DNA from: an uncultured bacterium
GTDB taxonomy: Bacteria; Zhuqueibacterota; QNDG01; DTFT01
Assembly: GCA_963736115.1 (NCBI GenBank)
Contig: CAVTNR010000022.1
Span: 64,001 to 128,000 of the forward strand
Reading direction: 5' to 3'
Length of the DNA: 64,000 bases
A program made the translations under genes and the position numbers. The notes beneath the pieces were generated by a model, which was not told the DNA's origin, did no database searches, and was given only the letters and a program-made list of their open reading frames with translations. This document shows, in pieces, positions 27,868-38,097 of this stretch. Position 1 is the stretch's first letter; each line of letters begins with the position of its first letter.

Positions 27868-28713
27868 ATGTGTGAGTTTTGCCATCAGCACGGCGAGGGC
27901 CGGACGTGGTACCTGGAGGCAAAAAATTACTCCGAGGACATGCTTTCGGACCTGAAGCGCAGGCGTTTCATCGAGCGATTCTTCACCCCCAGGCACAGAA
28001 GGGCCCACGACGACCGGGAAGCGGCCAAGCTCAAAAAGCTCCCGCCGTTCATCCGATCCATGGTCACCGCGGGCCTCACCCGGCATCAGAAAAAAGAGCA
28101 TTTCGGACAGGTCGTCGCCATCGAGGAAGTCGAGCGCATTTTCGGGCTCGTCCAGTCCGTGGTTCGCGTGGCCTGCTACTGCCGGCACCTCACGCTGGGC
28201 CGGGAGCACCGGGCGTGCTACGGAGTCAGTCTCGGACCGGACGGCGGGGAAATGGCCGGCATTCTCCGCGGCCTGGACAAGAGCTTTCTGAACGGACCGA
28301 AATCCCCTGGCATCGAGACCGTACCGAAGGAGGAGGCCCTGGCCGCCATGCGCGAGCACGAGCGCGAGGGACTCTGCCACACGGTCTGGACGTTCCGTGC
28401 CCCTTTCATCGGCGGCATCTGCAACTGCGACCGCTCCGACTGCCTGGCCATGCGCTGGTCCGTCACGCACGGACTGCCGGTGATGTTCAGGGCCGAGACG
28501 ATCGCGGAAGTCGATCCGGACCTGTGCTCGGGATGCCGCGCCTGCATGCGGGTGTGCTCTTTCGGCGCCTTGTCGTACAGCGCAGCGGACCGGAAGGTGA
28601 AGGTCGATTTCAGCCGCTGTTACGGCTGCGGCGTGTGCCGTGCGGTTTGCCCCAAGGACGCCATCCGCCTGAAGGACAGGAAATCCGAGCCGGTGGCGGC
28701 AGGTTTATGGTGA
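27868..28713 (+). CDS. 4Fe-4S dicluster (ferredoxin-domain) protein with extra Cys motifs
   Basis: C-terminal CSGCRACMRVC and CYGCGVCRAVCP; additional CEFC, CYCR, ICNC...C. Confidence 0.85.
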   Translation: MCEFCHQHGEGRTWYLEAKNYSEDMLSDLKRRRFIERFFTPRHRRAHDDREAAKLKKLPPFIRSMVTAGLTRHQKKEHFGQVVAIEEVERIFGLVQSVVRVACYCRHLTLGREHRACYGVSLGPDGGEMAGILRGLDKSFLNGPKSPGIETVPKEEALAAMREHEREGLCHTVWTFRAPFIGGICNCDRSDCLAMRWSVTHGLPVMFRAETIAEVDPDLCSGCRACMRVCSFGALSYSAADRKVKVDFSRCYGCGVCRAVCPKDAIRLKDRKSEPVAAGLW

Positions 28714-28719
28714 AAAAAA

Positions 28720-28825
28720 GTTCATAGTTCATGGTTCATAGTTCATAGTTAAAAGAAGTATCGGAAAGTTTACTTGTTTTCTTTTTCAACTATGAACAAT
28801 GAACTATGAACCATGAACCTTGAAC
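28720..28825. repeat. Inverted heptamer hairpin element, copy 3
   Basis: (GTTCATr)x4 GTTAAAA - 29 nt - TTTCAAC then five nnTGAAC units. Confidence 0.85.
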
Positions 28826-28886
28826 TGTATTCCAGCGGTTCGCCGCTATTCGTGAAGTTTCAACTAAAAAGAATCGGGACAGAGAA

Positions 28887-29912
28887 ATGACCGACCAACA
28901 ATGGCAGACGCTCCTCTCCGTCATCCGCGGCGAGAAGCCCGCGAAACCCGTGGCAGGGTTCATCATCGACTGCCCGTGGCTGCCGAACTGGTTCGGCATC
29001 GACATTCTCGACTACTTCACCAGCGAGGAGAAGTGGTTCGCGGCCAACCAAAAGGCCATCGAGACCTTCCCGGGCGCGATGTTCCTGCCCGGGTTCTGGT
29101 CCGAGTTCGGGATGTGCACCGAGCCCTCGGCCTTCGGCGCGAAAAGCATCTTTCACCGGAACGAGTTCCCGTTCGCGGAAAAGGCCGTTCTGGGCATGGA
29201 GGACATGGGCCGGATCACGGAGCCGGATCCGAGGACGGACGGCCTGCTCCCGTTCATGCTGAACCGGCTGAGGGGCGCCGAGCTCCGCATCCGGGACATG
29301 GGTCACCGCATCCGCTTCTCCGTGTCCCGGGGCCCGCTGAACATCGCGACCTTTCTGATGGGCACCACGGAGTTCCTCACGGCCATCCGCATGATGCCCG
29401 ACGAGTCGCACAAGATGCTCCGCATCATCAACCGCTTCCTCATCCGGTGGCACGAGGTTCAGCGTGAAGCCTTTCCGGACATAGACGGCATGCTGGTGCT
29501 CGACGACATTGTGGGATTCATGAGCGGGGACGACTTCAAGGAGTTCGGCCTGCCGTATATGAAGGAACTTTTCGCGGCGGATGTTTCGGTGAAAATGTTC
29601 CATAATGACGCGGAATGCGAGGCGAGCGCGTCTTATTATCCGGAGATCGGGATCAATTTCTACAACCCCGGCATACAGACGCCCTACACGAAGCTGAAGG
29701 AACTGACCGGCAACAAGCTGGCGATTCTGGGTAACATTCCGCCCCGCGACGTGCTCGCGGCCGGTACGCCCGCGGACGTGACGGCCGCGGTCAGGAAGCT
29801 GGTCGCCGAGGCCGGGCCGAACCCGGAGAAGCTGGTGTTCTCCTGCGCGGGCGGCATGCCGCCGAATGTGAAGACCGAAAATATCAAAGCCTTCCTGGAG
29901 GCTTTGATATAA
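28887..29912 (+). CDS. Uroporphyrinogen decarboxylase / MtaA-CmuA methyltransferase family protein
   Basis: GPLNIA..LMG, LDD, F.EF.LPY, FHND, ILGNIPP, GTP.DV, SCAGG..P....ENI motifs. Confidence 0.8.
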   Translation: MTDQQWQTLLSVIRGEKPAKPVAGFIIDCPWLPNWFGIDILDYFTSEEKWFAANQKAIETFPGAMFLPGFWSEFGMCTEPSAFGAKSIFHRNEFPFAEKAVLGMEDMGRITEPDPRTDGLLPFMLNRLRGAELRIRDMGHRIRFSVSRGPLNIATFLMGTTEFLTAIRMMPDESHKMLRIINRFLIRWHEVQREAFPDIDGMLVLDDIVGFMSGDDFKEFGLPYMKELFAADVSVKMFHNDAECEASASYYPEIGINFYNPGIQTPYTKLKELTGNKLAILGNIPPRDVLAAGTPADVTAAVRKLVAEAGPNPEKLVFSCAGGMPPNVKTENIKAFLEALI

Positions 29913-29940
29913 CACATTCAATTGCGGGAAAAAGAATAAA

Positions 29941-29974
29941 AAAAGCAACCTTCTTCAAGAGGGTTGCCTTTTTT
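29941..29974. terminator. Bidirectional terminator
   Basis: A-tract-gcaacctt-cttcaa-gagggttgc-T-tract between convergent genes. Confidence 0.7.
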
Positions 29975-29995
29975 ATAACGTCTTTTGGATTTACA

Positions 29996-31217
29996 TTATT
30001 TCGTCAGCCTGAGCAGGATTACGTCATGGGGCGCGACCGTCGCCTTGAACGGGACAGCGGTCGTTCCGGCGTCCCGGCCCGCCCACAGGTCGCGGAGCCG
30101 GAACGTTTCGGCCTTCGCGAAGTCCACGAAGGTGTGCGACATTCCGTCATTGACCGCGTCGGCCTTCCAGTCGTATTCCACCTTCCGGGGCGCCCCGCCG
30201 CGGTTGAAGAAGCAGAAGGCCAGGTCGCCCCTCATCAGCGGTTTCACCCACACCTCCAGATCCCCGCTTTTCATGAACCGGAAGCCCTGCACGCCGAGAG
30301 AGTCCTGGTCCACGGCGATCACCTCGCGGTTGGTGAGGATGCGGACCGTTTCAGGGGACATGCGCCGCAGGTCGTTCCCGGCCATCAGGGGCGCGGCCAG
30401 CATGCACCACAGGGTGAAATGGGTCTTGTCCTCGGTCGCGGTCATTCCGCCGTTCCCGACCTCCATCATGTCCGGGTCATTCCAGCGGCCCGGGTCCGGC
30501 GTACTGCCGGATGTCCTTCTGCAGGTCCACGATGCTCAGCATGCCCCATGAGGTCCAGGTGCCGTAATTGATGTCGCAGTCCCAGCAGTCGTGGATGTCC
30601 CCCGTGGTGCGCCAGAGATGCCCGACGTCGGCGCCCCACAGCCAGGGCTTGTTGTTGCCCCATTCGCAGAGGCTGAACACCACGGGCCGGCCCGCCGCGA
30701 ACAGTGCGTCGCGCATGGTCGTGTACGCCTCGGACGCGTCCATCTTTCCGGTGTTGCACCAGTCGTATTTGAGGTAGTCCACGCCCCATTGCGCGTAGGT
30801 GAGCGCGTCCTGATATTCGTGGCCGCGACTGCCCGGCCGTCCGCCGCAGGTTTGGGCGCCTGCGCAGGAATAGATGCCGAATTTCAGGCCGCGTTCGTGG
30901 ATGTAGTCGGACAGGGCTCTCATTCCGGACGGGAATCGGACCGGGTCGGGATGGATGAAGCCCAGGGAGTCGCGAGAGCCGTGCCAGCAGTCGTCGATAA
31001 CCAGGTACCGGTACCCGGCATCTCGCATGCCGCTCGAGACCATGGCATCCGCGGTCTGCCGCATCAGGGACTCATTGATGTCGCAGGCGAAACGGTTCCA
31101 GCTGTTCCATCCCATGGGCGGCGTGAGAGCGAGGTCCTTGAATTTCTGCCCGGAGGCGGGGAATGCGGCGAGCAGAAGGCATGCGGCCCAGAATCCGGTG
31201 AAGGCGTATTTTTTCAT
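29996..31217 (-). CDS. GH27 alpha-galactosidase (+1 indel at ~30490)
   Basis: TPPMGWNSWN, IDDCW, DYLKYDWC, WRTTGDI; WNDPDMMEVGN continues in the next frame (ORF 29996-30469). Confidence 0.88.
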
Positions 31218-31262
31218 TTCGGGAATCCTCCTCATTCTGAGACGTTTTCATCATCCGCGTTT

Positions 31263-33609
31263 TCAGAGCACTCTCAGCGGGGCTTCAAGGGTCACGGCCG
31301 AACTGCCGCCCAGCCGTATGGTGAAATCGCCCGGCTCCACATGGCGCTTCATGTCCATCCCGATGGCCTCGAGTTTCTCCGGCCCCACCTCGAAGCGGAT
31401 CGTGCGGGTCTCGCCCGGCTCCAGCCGCACCCTCGCTGAAATCCTTCAGCTCCATTACCGGCCGCGTCGGAATGCTGACCCGGTCGGTCACGTAGAGTTG
31501 AACGATTTCGTCTCCGGCGCGGTCTCCCGTGTTCGTCACCTCGACCGACGCCACGGCCCGGCCGTCAGCGGGAATTTCAGAAGGTTCGACCGAAAGGTTC
31601 CGGTACTCGAAAGTCGTGTACGAGAGGCCGTGTCCGAACGGATAGAGGGGGCCGTTGTCCGCGAGTACGTAAGCCCGGTGCATGGACGGCTTGCGGTTGT
31701 AATAGCAGGGCAGCTGGCCGACCGAACGCGGGAAAGTGACGGTGAGCTTGCCGGAAGGGGAGACCCGGCCGAACAGAAGGTCCGCGACCGCGTGGCCCGT
31801 TTCCTGGCCCAGGTACCAGCATTCCAGTATGGCCGGGGCTTTTTCTTGGAGCCGGTTGATCGTCAGAGGCCGTCCGTTGATGAGCACGATCACAGTCGGT
31901 TTTCCGAGCGCAATCACGGCTTCGGCCAGCGCGTTCTGCGATCCGACCAGATTCAGATCGTCCCGGTCGCCGAGATGGTTTTCGGCCCACGCCTCGCGGT
32001 TGATCAGTTCGTTTTCGCCGAGCGCCAGCACGACCGCGTCCGCCTTCTTTGCGGTTTTGACCGCTTCTGCGATCCGCTTCCGGTCGTCCTCCGGGTCCGG
32101 AAGAATCGGGTTCCCCGGAACCCGCCAGTCGCATTCCGGATTCAGGGTGATTTTACACCCTTCCGAGTACAGAATCTTGATCCTGTCCCCGCAGAACACC
32201 TTCAGGCCCTCCAGCACGCTCACGCCGGCCATGGGTGTGTCCGAGTACCCGCCCAGGTGGATGTCCGCCGCGTTCGGCCCGATGACGGCCAGCGTCCGGA
32301 TTCGCGTGGAATCGAACGGAAGGGTCCGGTTCTCGTTCTTCAGCAGAACCGCGGCTTTTTGTGCGGCTTCGCGCGCCAACGCCTTGTGCGCCGCGCAATT
32401 GACGATTTTCGCCGTTTCTTCCGGGTTCACATACGGATCGTCGAAAAGTCCCAGCTCGAACTTGATCCGCAGAACGGCCGCGACCGCCCGGTCCAGGGCT
32501 TCCGCGGATACGAGTCCCCGCCGGACCGCGTCCGCGATCGGGGCGAAGGCCCCTCCGCGTCCGAGCTCGAAGTCCGTGCCCGCTTCGAGCGACAGCCGGC
32601 CGGCTTCGGCCAGGTCCGCGGCCGCGCGGTGATCGTTGGCCACCACGTCAATGCCCCCGCCGTCGCTCATGACGTATCCGTTGAAACCCCACTCGCCGCG
32701 CAGGATGTCGATCAGCAGTTTGCGGTTCACGTGATTGGGCACGCAGTCCCATTCATTGTACGAGGCCATGATCGAGCGCGCGTTCGCCTCCTGGACCGCG
32801 GCTTCGAAGGGCCGCAGGTGGGTTTCGCGGAAAATCCGCTCGGAGAAGTTGACGGGCGCGATATTGCGGCCGCCCTCTGGCTGGCCGTGCCCGGCAAAGT
32901 GCTTAAGCGTGACCGCCACGTGACGCTTGTCAATGCGGCCGGTCGTTTTCGCGTCCCGGCCCTGGAACCCGTATACCGCGGCCACACCCATGCGCGACAC
33001 GAGATACGGATCCTCTCCGTAGGTCTCTTCGGTGCGGCCCCATCGCGGCTCCCGGCCCAGGTCCACTACGGGCGACAGCACTTGGCGTGTGCCCATGGAC
33101 GAGGCCTCGAGAGCGGCAACCGAGAAAATGCGCTCCACCAGGGACGTGTCCCACGTGCATCCCAGGGCGATGGCCTGGGGAAAACTCGTGGCGCCGGCGG
33201 CCATGTACCCGTGCAGGGCTTCCCCGAAGCTCAGGGCCGGAATGCCGAGCCTTGATTTCTCCAGCAGGTAGCGCTGGAGCCCGTTGCGGCAGCGGAGCTG
33301 GTAGGCCAGGTCGCGCCGCCTGCCTCCGGCCGCCCAAAAGGACCCCACGCCGCGGTTCAGAATGGCCGTGTCGCGTACGCCGACGTAATTTCCGGCGTCG
33401 TCAAAGGCCGCGGTATCCGGGCTTCCGGCGGAGAGGAGCTGGCCGACCTTTTCCTCCACGGTCATGCGTTTCAGCAGGTCCGCGACGCGGATTTCCACGG
33501 GCGCGGAAGCGTCCTTGTAAACGGGCGTCGTCGAGTCCTTGTCTGCGGCTGTCGAGGCGGCGGCCAGAGCGGCCCAGATCGCCAGCGGGAGAATCAGTGA
33601 CTTTCTCAT
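31263..33609 (-). CDS. GH3 beta-glucosidase/beta-xylosidase (+1 indel at ~31437)
   Basis: EALHG, TSFPQ, REPRWGRTEETYGEDP, KHFAGH, VMSD, YPFGHGLSYT; the Fn3 tail ELKDF-ARVRLEPGE...VEPGDF runs in another frame to TGA at 31263. Confidence 0.9.
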
Positions 33610-33674
33610 ATCGGGGTTTCCTCCGTTCGGAGTCCGATCAGGGGTTCATGCAAAGCGCGGAGCGCCATGCCTCG

Positions 33675-35384
33675 TTACCTCAGCTTGATCCACGCATAAG
33701 ACAGGGCCGGGACCTCGATCGTCAGGTTCCCGGCTTTCCGGGACATGCGCACAGGCGAGCCAGCCAGCAGGGACGTCCGGGAGTAGGGCACATTCATGGG
33801 GAATACTGCGGTCGCTGCCGCGCCGGACGGGTTGAACACAGCCAGGAGACAGTGCCTGCCGTTGGCCCGGGCGAAGACGAAGGGATAGGCGTTCTTCTCC
33901 GCAACCAGGGGCACGAATTCCGCGTACGCCGCCAGGGCCGGCTCATTGTGCTTGAGACGGATCAATTTGCGCACCCGGTTCAGCAGTGAGGATGGGTCGC
34001 GTTCCTGCGCCGCGACCGTGGGCGCGTCGGCCGCGGGATCGACGGGAAGATAGAGCTTTGACGCGTCCGCGGATGAAAAGCCCAGGTTCGGGCCCGCCTG
34101 CCACTGCATGGGCGTACGCGCCCCGTTGCGCGGTTTGTACGCGCCCTCGACCTGTGGCCAGTCCGAACCCAGCTGGCGCATGCCGATCTCGTTGCCGTAG
34201 TAGATGAAGGGAATGCCCGGCATGCTGATGCCGAACGCCATGATCATCTCCATCTCGGCCGCGGACCGCTTGACGTTCAGCCGTGCGTTGTCGTGGTTGC
34301 CGAGCGGCAGGCAGATGTAGCCCTTGTCCTTCGTCGCCGAGTACTGGTCCATGTACTTCGAGAGGAAGTTGGAGATGTCGCCCTTGCCCTCGGCGTCGAA
34401 GTAGCTGTGCCCTTCGGAAAATCCGTTGAGAATGCGCCAGCTTTCCTTCTGAAAGAGGTCATTGTACCCGTCGAACCAGTGGAAGAAGTCTGCGTGAAAG
34501 GCGCCGTCGAGCGCGTCTTTGGGATTGGACCACTCCGACACCATGAAGGAGCCCGGATAGCGGGCGTCTGCGTCTGCGCGGATCTCCCGCCAGAAGGCCA
34601 GGGTTTCGCGGTCCGATCCCGGGCCCTTGACAAGAGCGCCGGCCATGTCCGCGCGCATCCCGTCCGCGCCCATGTCCATCCAGTACCGGAACACGGATTT
34701 CAGCTCCTCGCGCATCGCGGCCACGTCCGGGTGGTTCACCGGCAGCTGCCAGGATTTTTCCGGATCAGGCCGCGCGAATCCGAAATTGAGCGCGGGCTGG
34801 CACCAGTAGAAATTGCGCATGAAATTGCCGTTTCTGCGGCTGTATCCCTGGATGAACCGGTTGGCGAATTCGCCCTCCTCCATTTTCCAGGTGTTGTCGT
34901 TCCAGACGTACCAGTTCGTGTAGGGATTGGCCTCCTGGCGGCAGGATTCAACGAACCAGGGGTGATCGATGGCCGTGTAGCTGATCACATAGTCGAAGAG
35001 CACCTTGAGGCCGCGCTTGTGGGCCTCCTCGAACAGGCGCCGGGCGTCATCGTTGGTCCCGTACCGGGCCGCGACCTTTCGGTAGTCGCGGATGTCGTAA
35101 CCCGCGTCATTGAACGGGGAATCGAAGAACGGGTTGAGCCAGATTGCGTCCGCGCCGAGGGACTTGATATAGTCGAGCTTCTCGATCACGCCGTTCAGAT
35201 CGCCGATGCCGTCCCCGTCCGTGTCGCGGAACGTCTGCGGATAGATCTGATAGAAGACGGCGTTCGCGGTCCAGTCCGGCGCGGGAGGCGGCGCGCACCG
35301 GCCCGTGATCTCCGCGGACCGGGCAACGGTCGCGGTTGAAACAAGAAGCAGAATGCAGGCGGCGAGCAGTTGTTTTCGGGTCAT
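33675..35384 (-). CDS. GH13 alpha-amylase family glycosidase with signal peptide
   Basis: FYQIYPQTF.D..GDGIGDL.G, GYDIRDY, RADMA (nucleophile), VSEW, NHD, PFIYYGNEIGM, RTPMQW. Confidence 0.85.
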   Translation of the reverse strand: MTRKQLLAACILLLVSTATVARSAEITGRCAPPPAPDWTANAVFYQIYPQTFRDTDGDGIGDLNGVIEKLDYIKSLGADAIWLNPFFDSPFNDAGYDIRDYRKVAARYGTNDDARRLFEEAHKRGLKVLFDYVISYTAIDHPWFVESCRQEANPYTNWYVWNDNTWKMEEGEFANRFIQGYSRRNGNFMRNFYWCQPALNFGFARPDPEKSWQLPVNHPDVAAMREELKSVFRYWMDMGADGMRADMAGALVKGPGSDRETLAFWREIRADADARYPGSFMVSEWSNPKDALDGAFHADFFHWFDGYNDLFQKESWRILNGFSEGHSYFDAEGKGDISNFLSKYMDQYSATKDKGYICLPLGNHDNARLNVKRSAAEMEMIMAFGISMPGIPFIYYGNEIGMRQLGSDWPQVEGAYKPRNGARTPMQWQAGPNLGFSSADASKLYLPVDPAADAPTVAAQERDPSSLLNRVRKLIRLKHNEPALAAYAEFVPLVAEKNAYPFVFARANGRHCLLAVFNPSGAAATAVFPMNVPYSRTSLLAGSPVRMSRKAGNLTIEVPALSYAWIKLR

Positions 35385-35491
35385 GATGTGTTCCTCTCAG
35401 TTATGCCCATTCAGGCGGAAATTCTCCCGATCCCTGATCCCGGACCGAATCGATCCGGGGTGACCGTAATCCTGTTGAAGCGTCCCATTTA

Positions 35492-35522
35492 CGCAGGGGC
35501 GACGCGGCGCGTCGCCCTTACG
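35492..35522. repeat. REP-like palindrome (GTAGGGGCGAC...GTCGCCCCTAC type)
   Basis: cgcaggggcgacgcg-g-cgcgtcgcccttacg. Confidence 0.5.
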
Positions 35523-35558
35523 ATGCGCCGACGGTTCAGGCTATGGGGTCCGTTTCTT

Positions 35559-37748
35559 TCACGGCGTCCAGGTCGATCCCTTTTGTATGTATTCCGGCTT
35601 CCACCGGATTGCCTTGAGGGAGTGCAGAGTGACGGACGGGGGTGTGAGGCCGGCCGGGATCGGACGTTTCGAGAAGGTCTGGAAATACAGCACACAGGCG
35701 TCGCGCCACCAGGCCGCGTCGCGCTCCTGCACGCGGAGACGCTCCTTCACGTCCGCGAACCGTTCGGAATCCACGCGTCCCTCGAGGCGATCCCATGTCT
35801 TCCGCATGGAACGGACCGAGTCCACGCCCGAATAGTAGCGCAGGCACAGCTCGTCCCAAAGCGTCCGGCCGGACGTTCCCGTCGGGCGGTCCCAGGCGGC
35901 ATGGTGGAACCAGAGCAGGAGGTTCTCCGGGCAGGAATCGGGATCCGCGTAGATGCGGTCGAGCGGCGGAAAATACTGGGCCGCGGCATTGCTGCCGGAG
36001 GGGCTCCGGTCGAAACCGATGCCGGCTGAATCGGCCCTGTGGTAATACACGCTGTTCCAGTCCGGCCGCTCGGCCATGTCCACCCAGGGCCCGGGTCCGT
36101 AATGGTGGCCCCAGCCCATGATGTGGTGCAGGCCCAGGGGCGTCATGTAATCGACCGCTATCTCGCGCGAACCGAGCATGAGGCGGAGCAGAACCGGCTC
36201 TGTGGACGGATCCCGCGTCAGCGTCATCCGCATCCATTCCTCCGCGATTTTCGCGGACGAAGCGGACGGATTCCAGGCGAGCCTGCCGAATGCGTACCAG
36301 TTGGCGGACGCGAAAGTATGGCCGCACCAGTTCCGGTCCGTGCCCGTGTTGGCGACGCCCGCGATGCCGGTTTCCCGATGGCCGAAGAGGGACCCGTCCG
36401 CGACCTTTGACACGAACGATCCGGGCCCCTTCGCGTACGTGTCCGCGTCCAGGCATTCCTCGTACAGCGGCGCCAGGTACACCAGATGCGCGGAGAACCC
36501 GAAGTATTCCTGCGTGATCTGAAGCTCGGGCATGACCGGCGTGGCCGGCATGGCGCCGAACAGCGGGTGGAAGGGTTCGCGCGGTTGAAAGTCAATGGGT
36601 CCGTTTTTCACCTGGATGATCACGTTCGGACGGAACGCGCCGTCGAGGGGCTTGAATTCGCGATAGCCCTGGCCGGCCCGGTCTCCGCCGTCCGGGTTGT
36701 ACACGAAGGCTCGCCACATCACCACGCCGCCGTGCGGCGCGAGCGCGTCGGCCAGCATATTGGCGCCGTCCGCGTGACTGCGGCCGAAATCCTGCGGGCC
36801 GGGCAGGCCCTCGGAATTCGCTTTCACGAGAAATCCGCCGAAGTCGGGGATGAGGCGGTAGATGGAGTCCGCCTTGGTCTTCCACCAGGCGGAGACGGCC
36901 GGATCGAGCGGATCCGCGGTTGCGAGCCCGCCGAGTCTGATCGGGGAGGAAAAATTCACCGCGAGATAGACCCGGATGCCGTACGGCCGGAACACGCCTG
37001 CCAGGGCCGCCGCTTTCCGCAGATAGGCGTCCGTCAGGATTTGCGGCGAGGCGTTGACATTGTTCAGAACCGTCCCGTTGATTCCGATCGACGCGTTGAG
37101 ACGGGCGTAATCCCGATACCGCGGATCGACTGTTCCCGGCAGTTCCTCCCATTTCCAGAGCGAGCGGCCGGCGTATCCGCGTTCGATCGATCCGTCCAGA
37201 TTGTCCCAGTGGTTGAGCAGGCGCCTCTTGATCGCGGGCTTTTCAACCGCGGCCCAGCGATCAGGCGGTGCGAGGGTCTGCAGGTTCCGGAGCATGCGGA
37301 ATGCGCCGTACAACACTCCGGTGTCCGTGTTCGCCGCGATCACGATGCATTGCCGGCCTCGTATACGGGCCTGGCGGATGACGAAGCCCTCGTCCCCGAC
37401 AGCCGCGAGTTCCGCATCCCAGCCCAGGCCGGCGATATCCGGACACCCGGCAGGCGTGCCCGCGACCAAAGCGCTGCGACGTCCTACGCGTTCGCGTATC
37501 TTGATTTTTTTCCCGAGCAGGCCTTCCAGTCCTTCGGTCAATTCCATCCGGGCCGCTTCTAGAGTGCCGCCTGTTCCCGGGATGACAGCCTCGGCTACGG
37601 CTGCCTGGGTTGCGGACAGGGTCGCCCTGTTCTCGATACGGTCATACCGCATCCACAGACGGTACCCATCCTCAGAATGGAGAGATGAAGCGGGCAGGAG
37701 GAATGGAAGGAATTGGATGAGCATCAAAGAAAACGTTAACTTTTTCAT
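35559..37748 (-). CDS. aguA: GH67 alpha-glucuronidase
   Basis: [62 protein letters not shown]. Confidence 0.95.
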   Translation of the reverse strand: MKKLTFSLMLIQFLPFLLPASSLHSEDGYRLWMRYDRIENRATLSATQAAVAEAVIPGTGGTLEAARMELTEGLEGLLGKKIKIRERVGRRSALVAGTPAGCPDIAGLGWDAELAAVGDEGFVIRQARIRGRQCIVIAANTDTGVLYGAFRMLRNLQTLAPPDRWAAVEKPAIKRRLLNHWDNLDGSIERGYAGRSLWKWEELPGTVDPRYRDYARLNASIGINGTVLNNVNASPQILTDAYLRKAAALAGVFRPYGIRVYLAVNFSSPIRLGGLATADPLDPAVSAWWKTKADSIYRLIPDFGGFLVKANSEGLPGPQDFGRSHADGANMLADALAPHGGVVMWRAFVYNPDGGDRAGQGYREFKPLDGAFRPNVIIQVKNGPIDFQPREPFHPLFGAMPATPVMPELQITQEYFGFSAHLVYLAPLYEECLDADTYAKGPGSFVSKVADGSLFGHRETGIAGVANTGTDRNWCGHTFASANWYAFGRLAWNPSASSAKIAEEWMRMTLTRDPSTEPVLLRLMLGSREIAVDYMTPLGLHHIMGWGHHYGPGPWVDMAERPDWNSVYYHRADSAGIGFDRSPSGSNAAAQYFPPLDRIYADPDSCPENLLLWFHHAAWDRPTGTSGRTLWDELCLRYYSGVDSVRSMRKTWDRLEGRVDSERFADVKERLRVQERDAAWWRDACVLYFQTFSKRPIPAGLTPPSVTLHSLKAIRWKPEYIQKGSTWTP

Positions 37749-37809
37749 GAACGTTGCCTTTTTTTAGGAGAGTCAATCGGTTTAAGCGGGGAGTTGTCTA
37801 AAAAACAGC

Positions 37810-37838
37810 TTGATTTAATATTGAAAAAATCGTATGAT
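37810..37838 (+). promoter_or_regulatory. Putative promoter toward GH31
   Basis: TTGATT-17-TATGAT. Confidence 0.4.
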
Positions 37839-37998
37839 TTATTTTGATCGAGGAGGCAGCCAAACCGGATATCCGTTAAAGGTCAACGCGTCCGGATGCC
37901 ATAATCCAGAGATTTTCTCTTTAGCGGTTCATTCCCCGCAGCATCGAGTTGTCTTATAAATCCATGTTTTCATTGAAGAAAAACCGCCTTCTAATGGC

Positions 37999-38027
37999 AA
38001 TTTACGACAAATCGAAAAACATGTCAA
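37999..38027 (-). promoter_or_regulatory. Putative promoter toward aguA
   Basis: TTGACA-17-TAAATT on the minus strand. Confidence 0.45.
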
Positions 38028-38097
38028 CGCTTTTCTGCCTATGAACCGGTCCGGCATGTCACCATCCTGTCTCAACGTTCCACGGAGGAATGAACCG

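Noticed and set aside
26979-28825. CRISPR array interpretation of the repeat/28-30-nt loop units
   Set aside because: The units are inverted heptamer arms separated by whole genes, not direct repeats with adjacent spacers; no cas genes are present.
18458-31437. Programmed ribosomal frameshifting or true pseudogenes
   Set aside because: There are no slippery heptamers, the genes are unrelated, and there is no other decay; sequencing error is more parsimonious.
30955-33255. Long antisense ORFs (e.g. 30955-33255, 12159-13847, 58146-59939, 9790-11166)
   Set aside because: These are shadow frames of well-supported genes in high-GC DNA, with no recognisable motifs.
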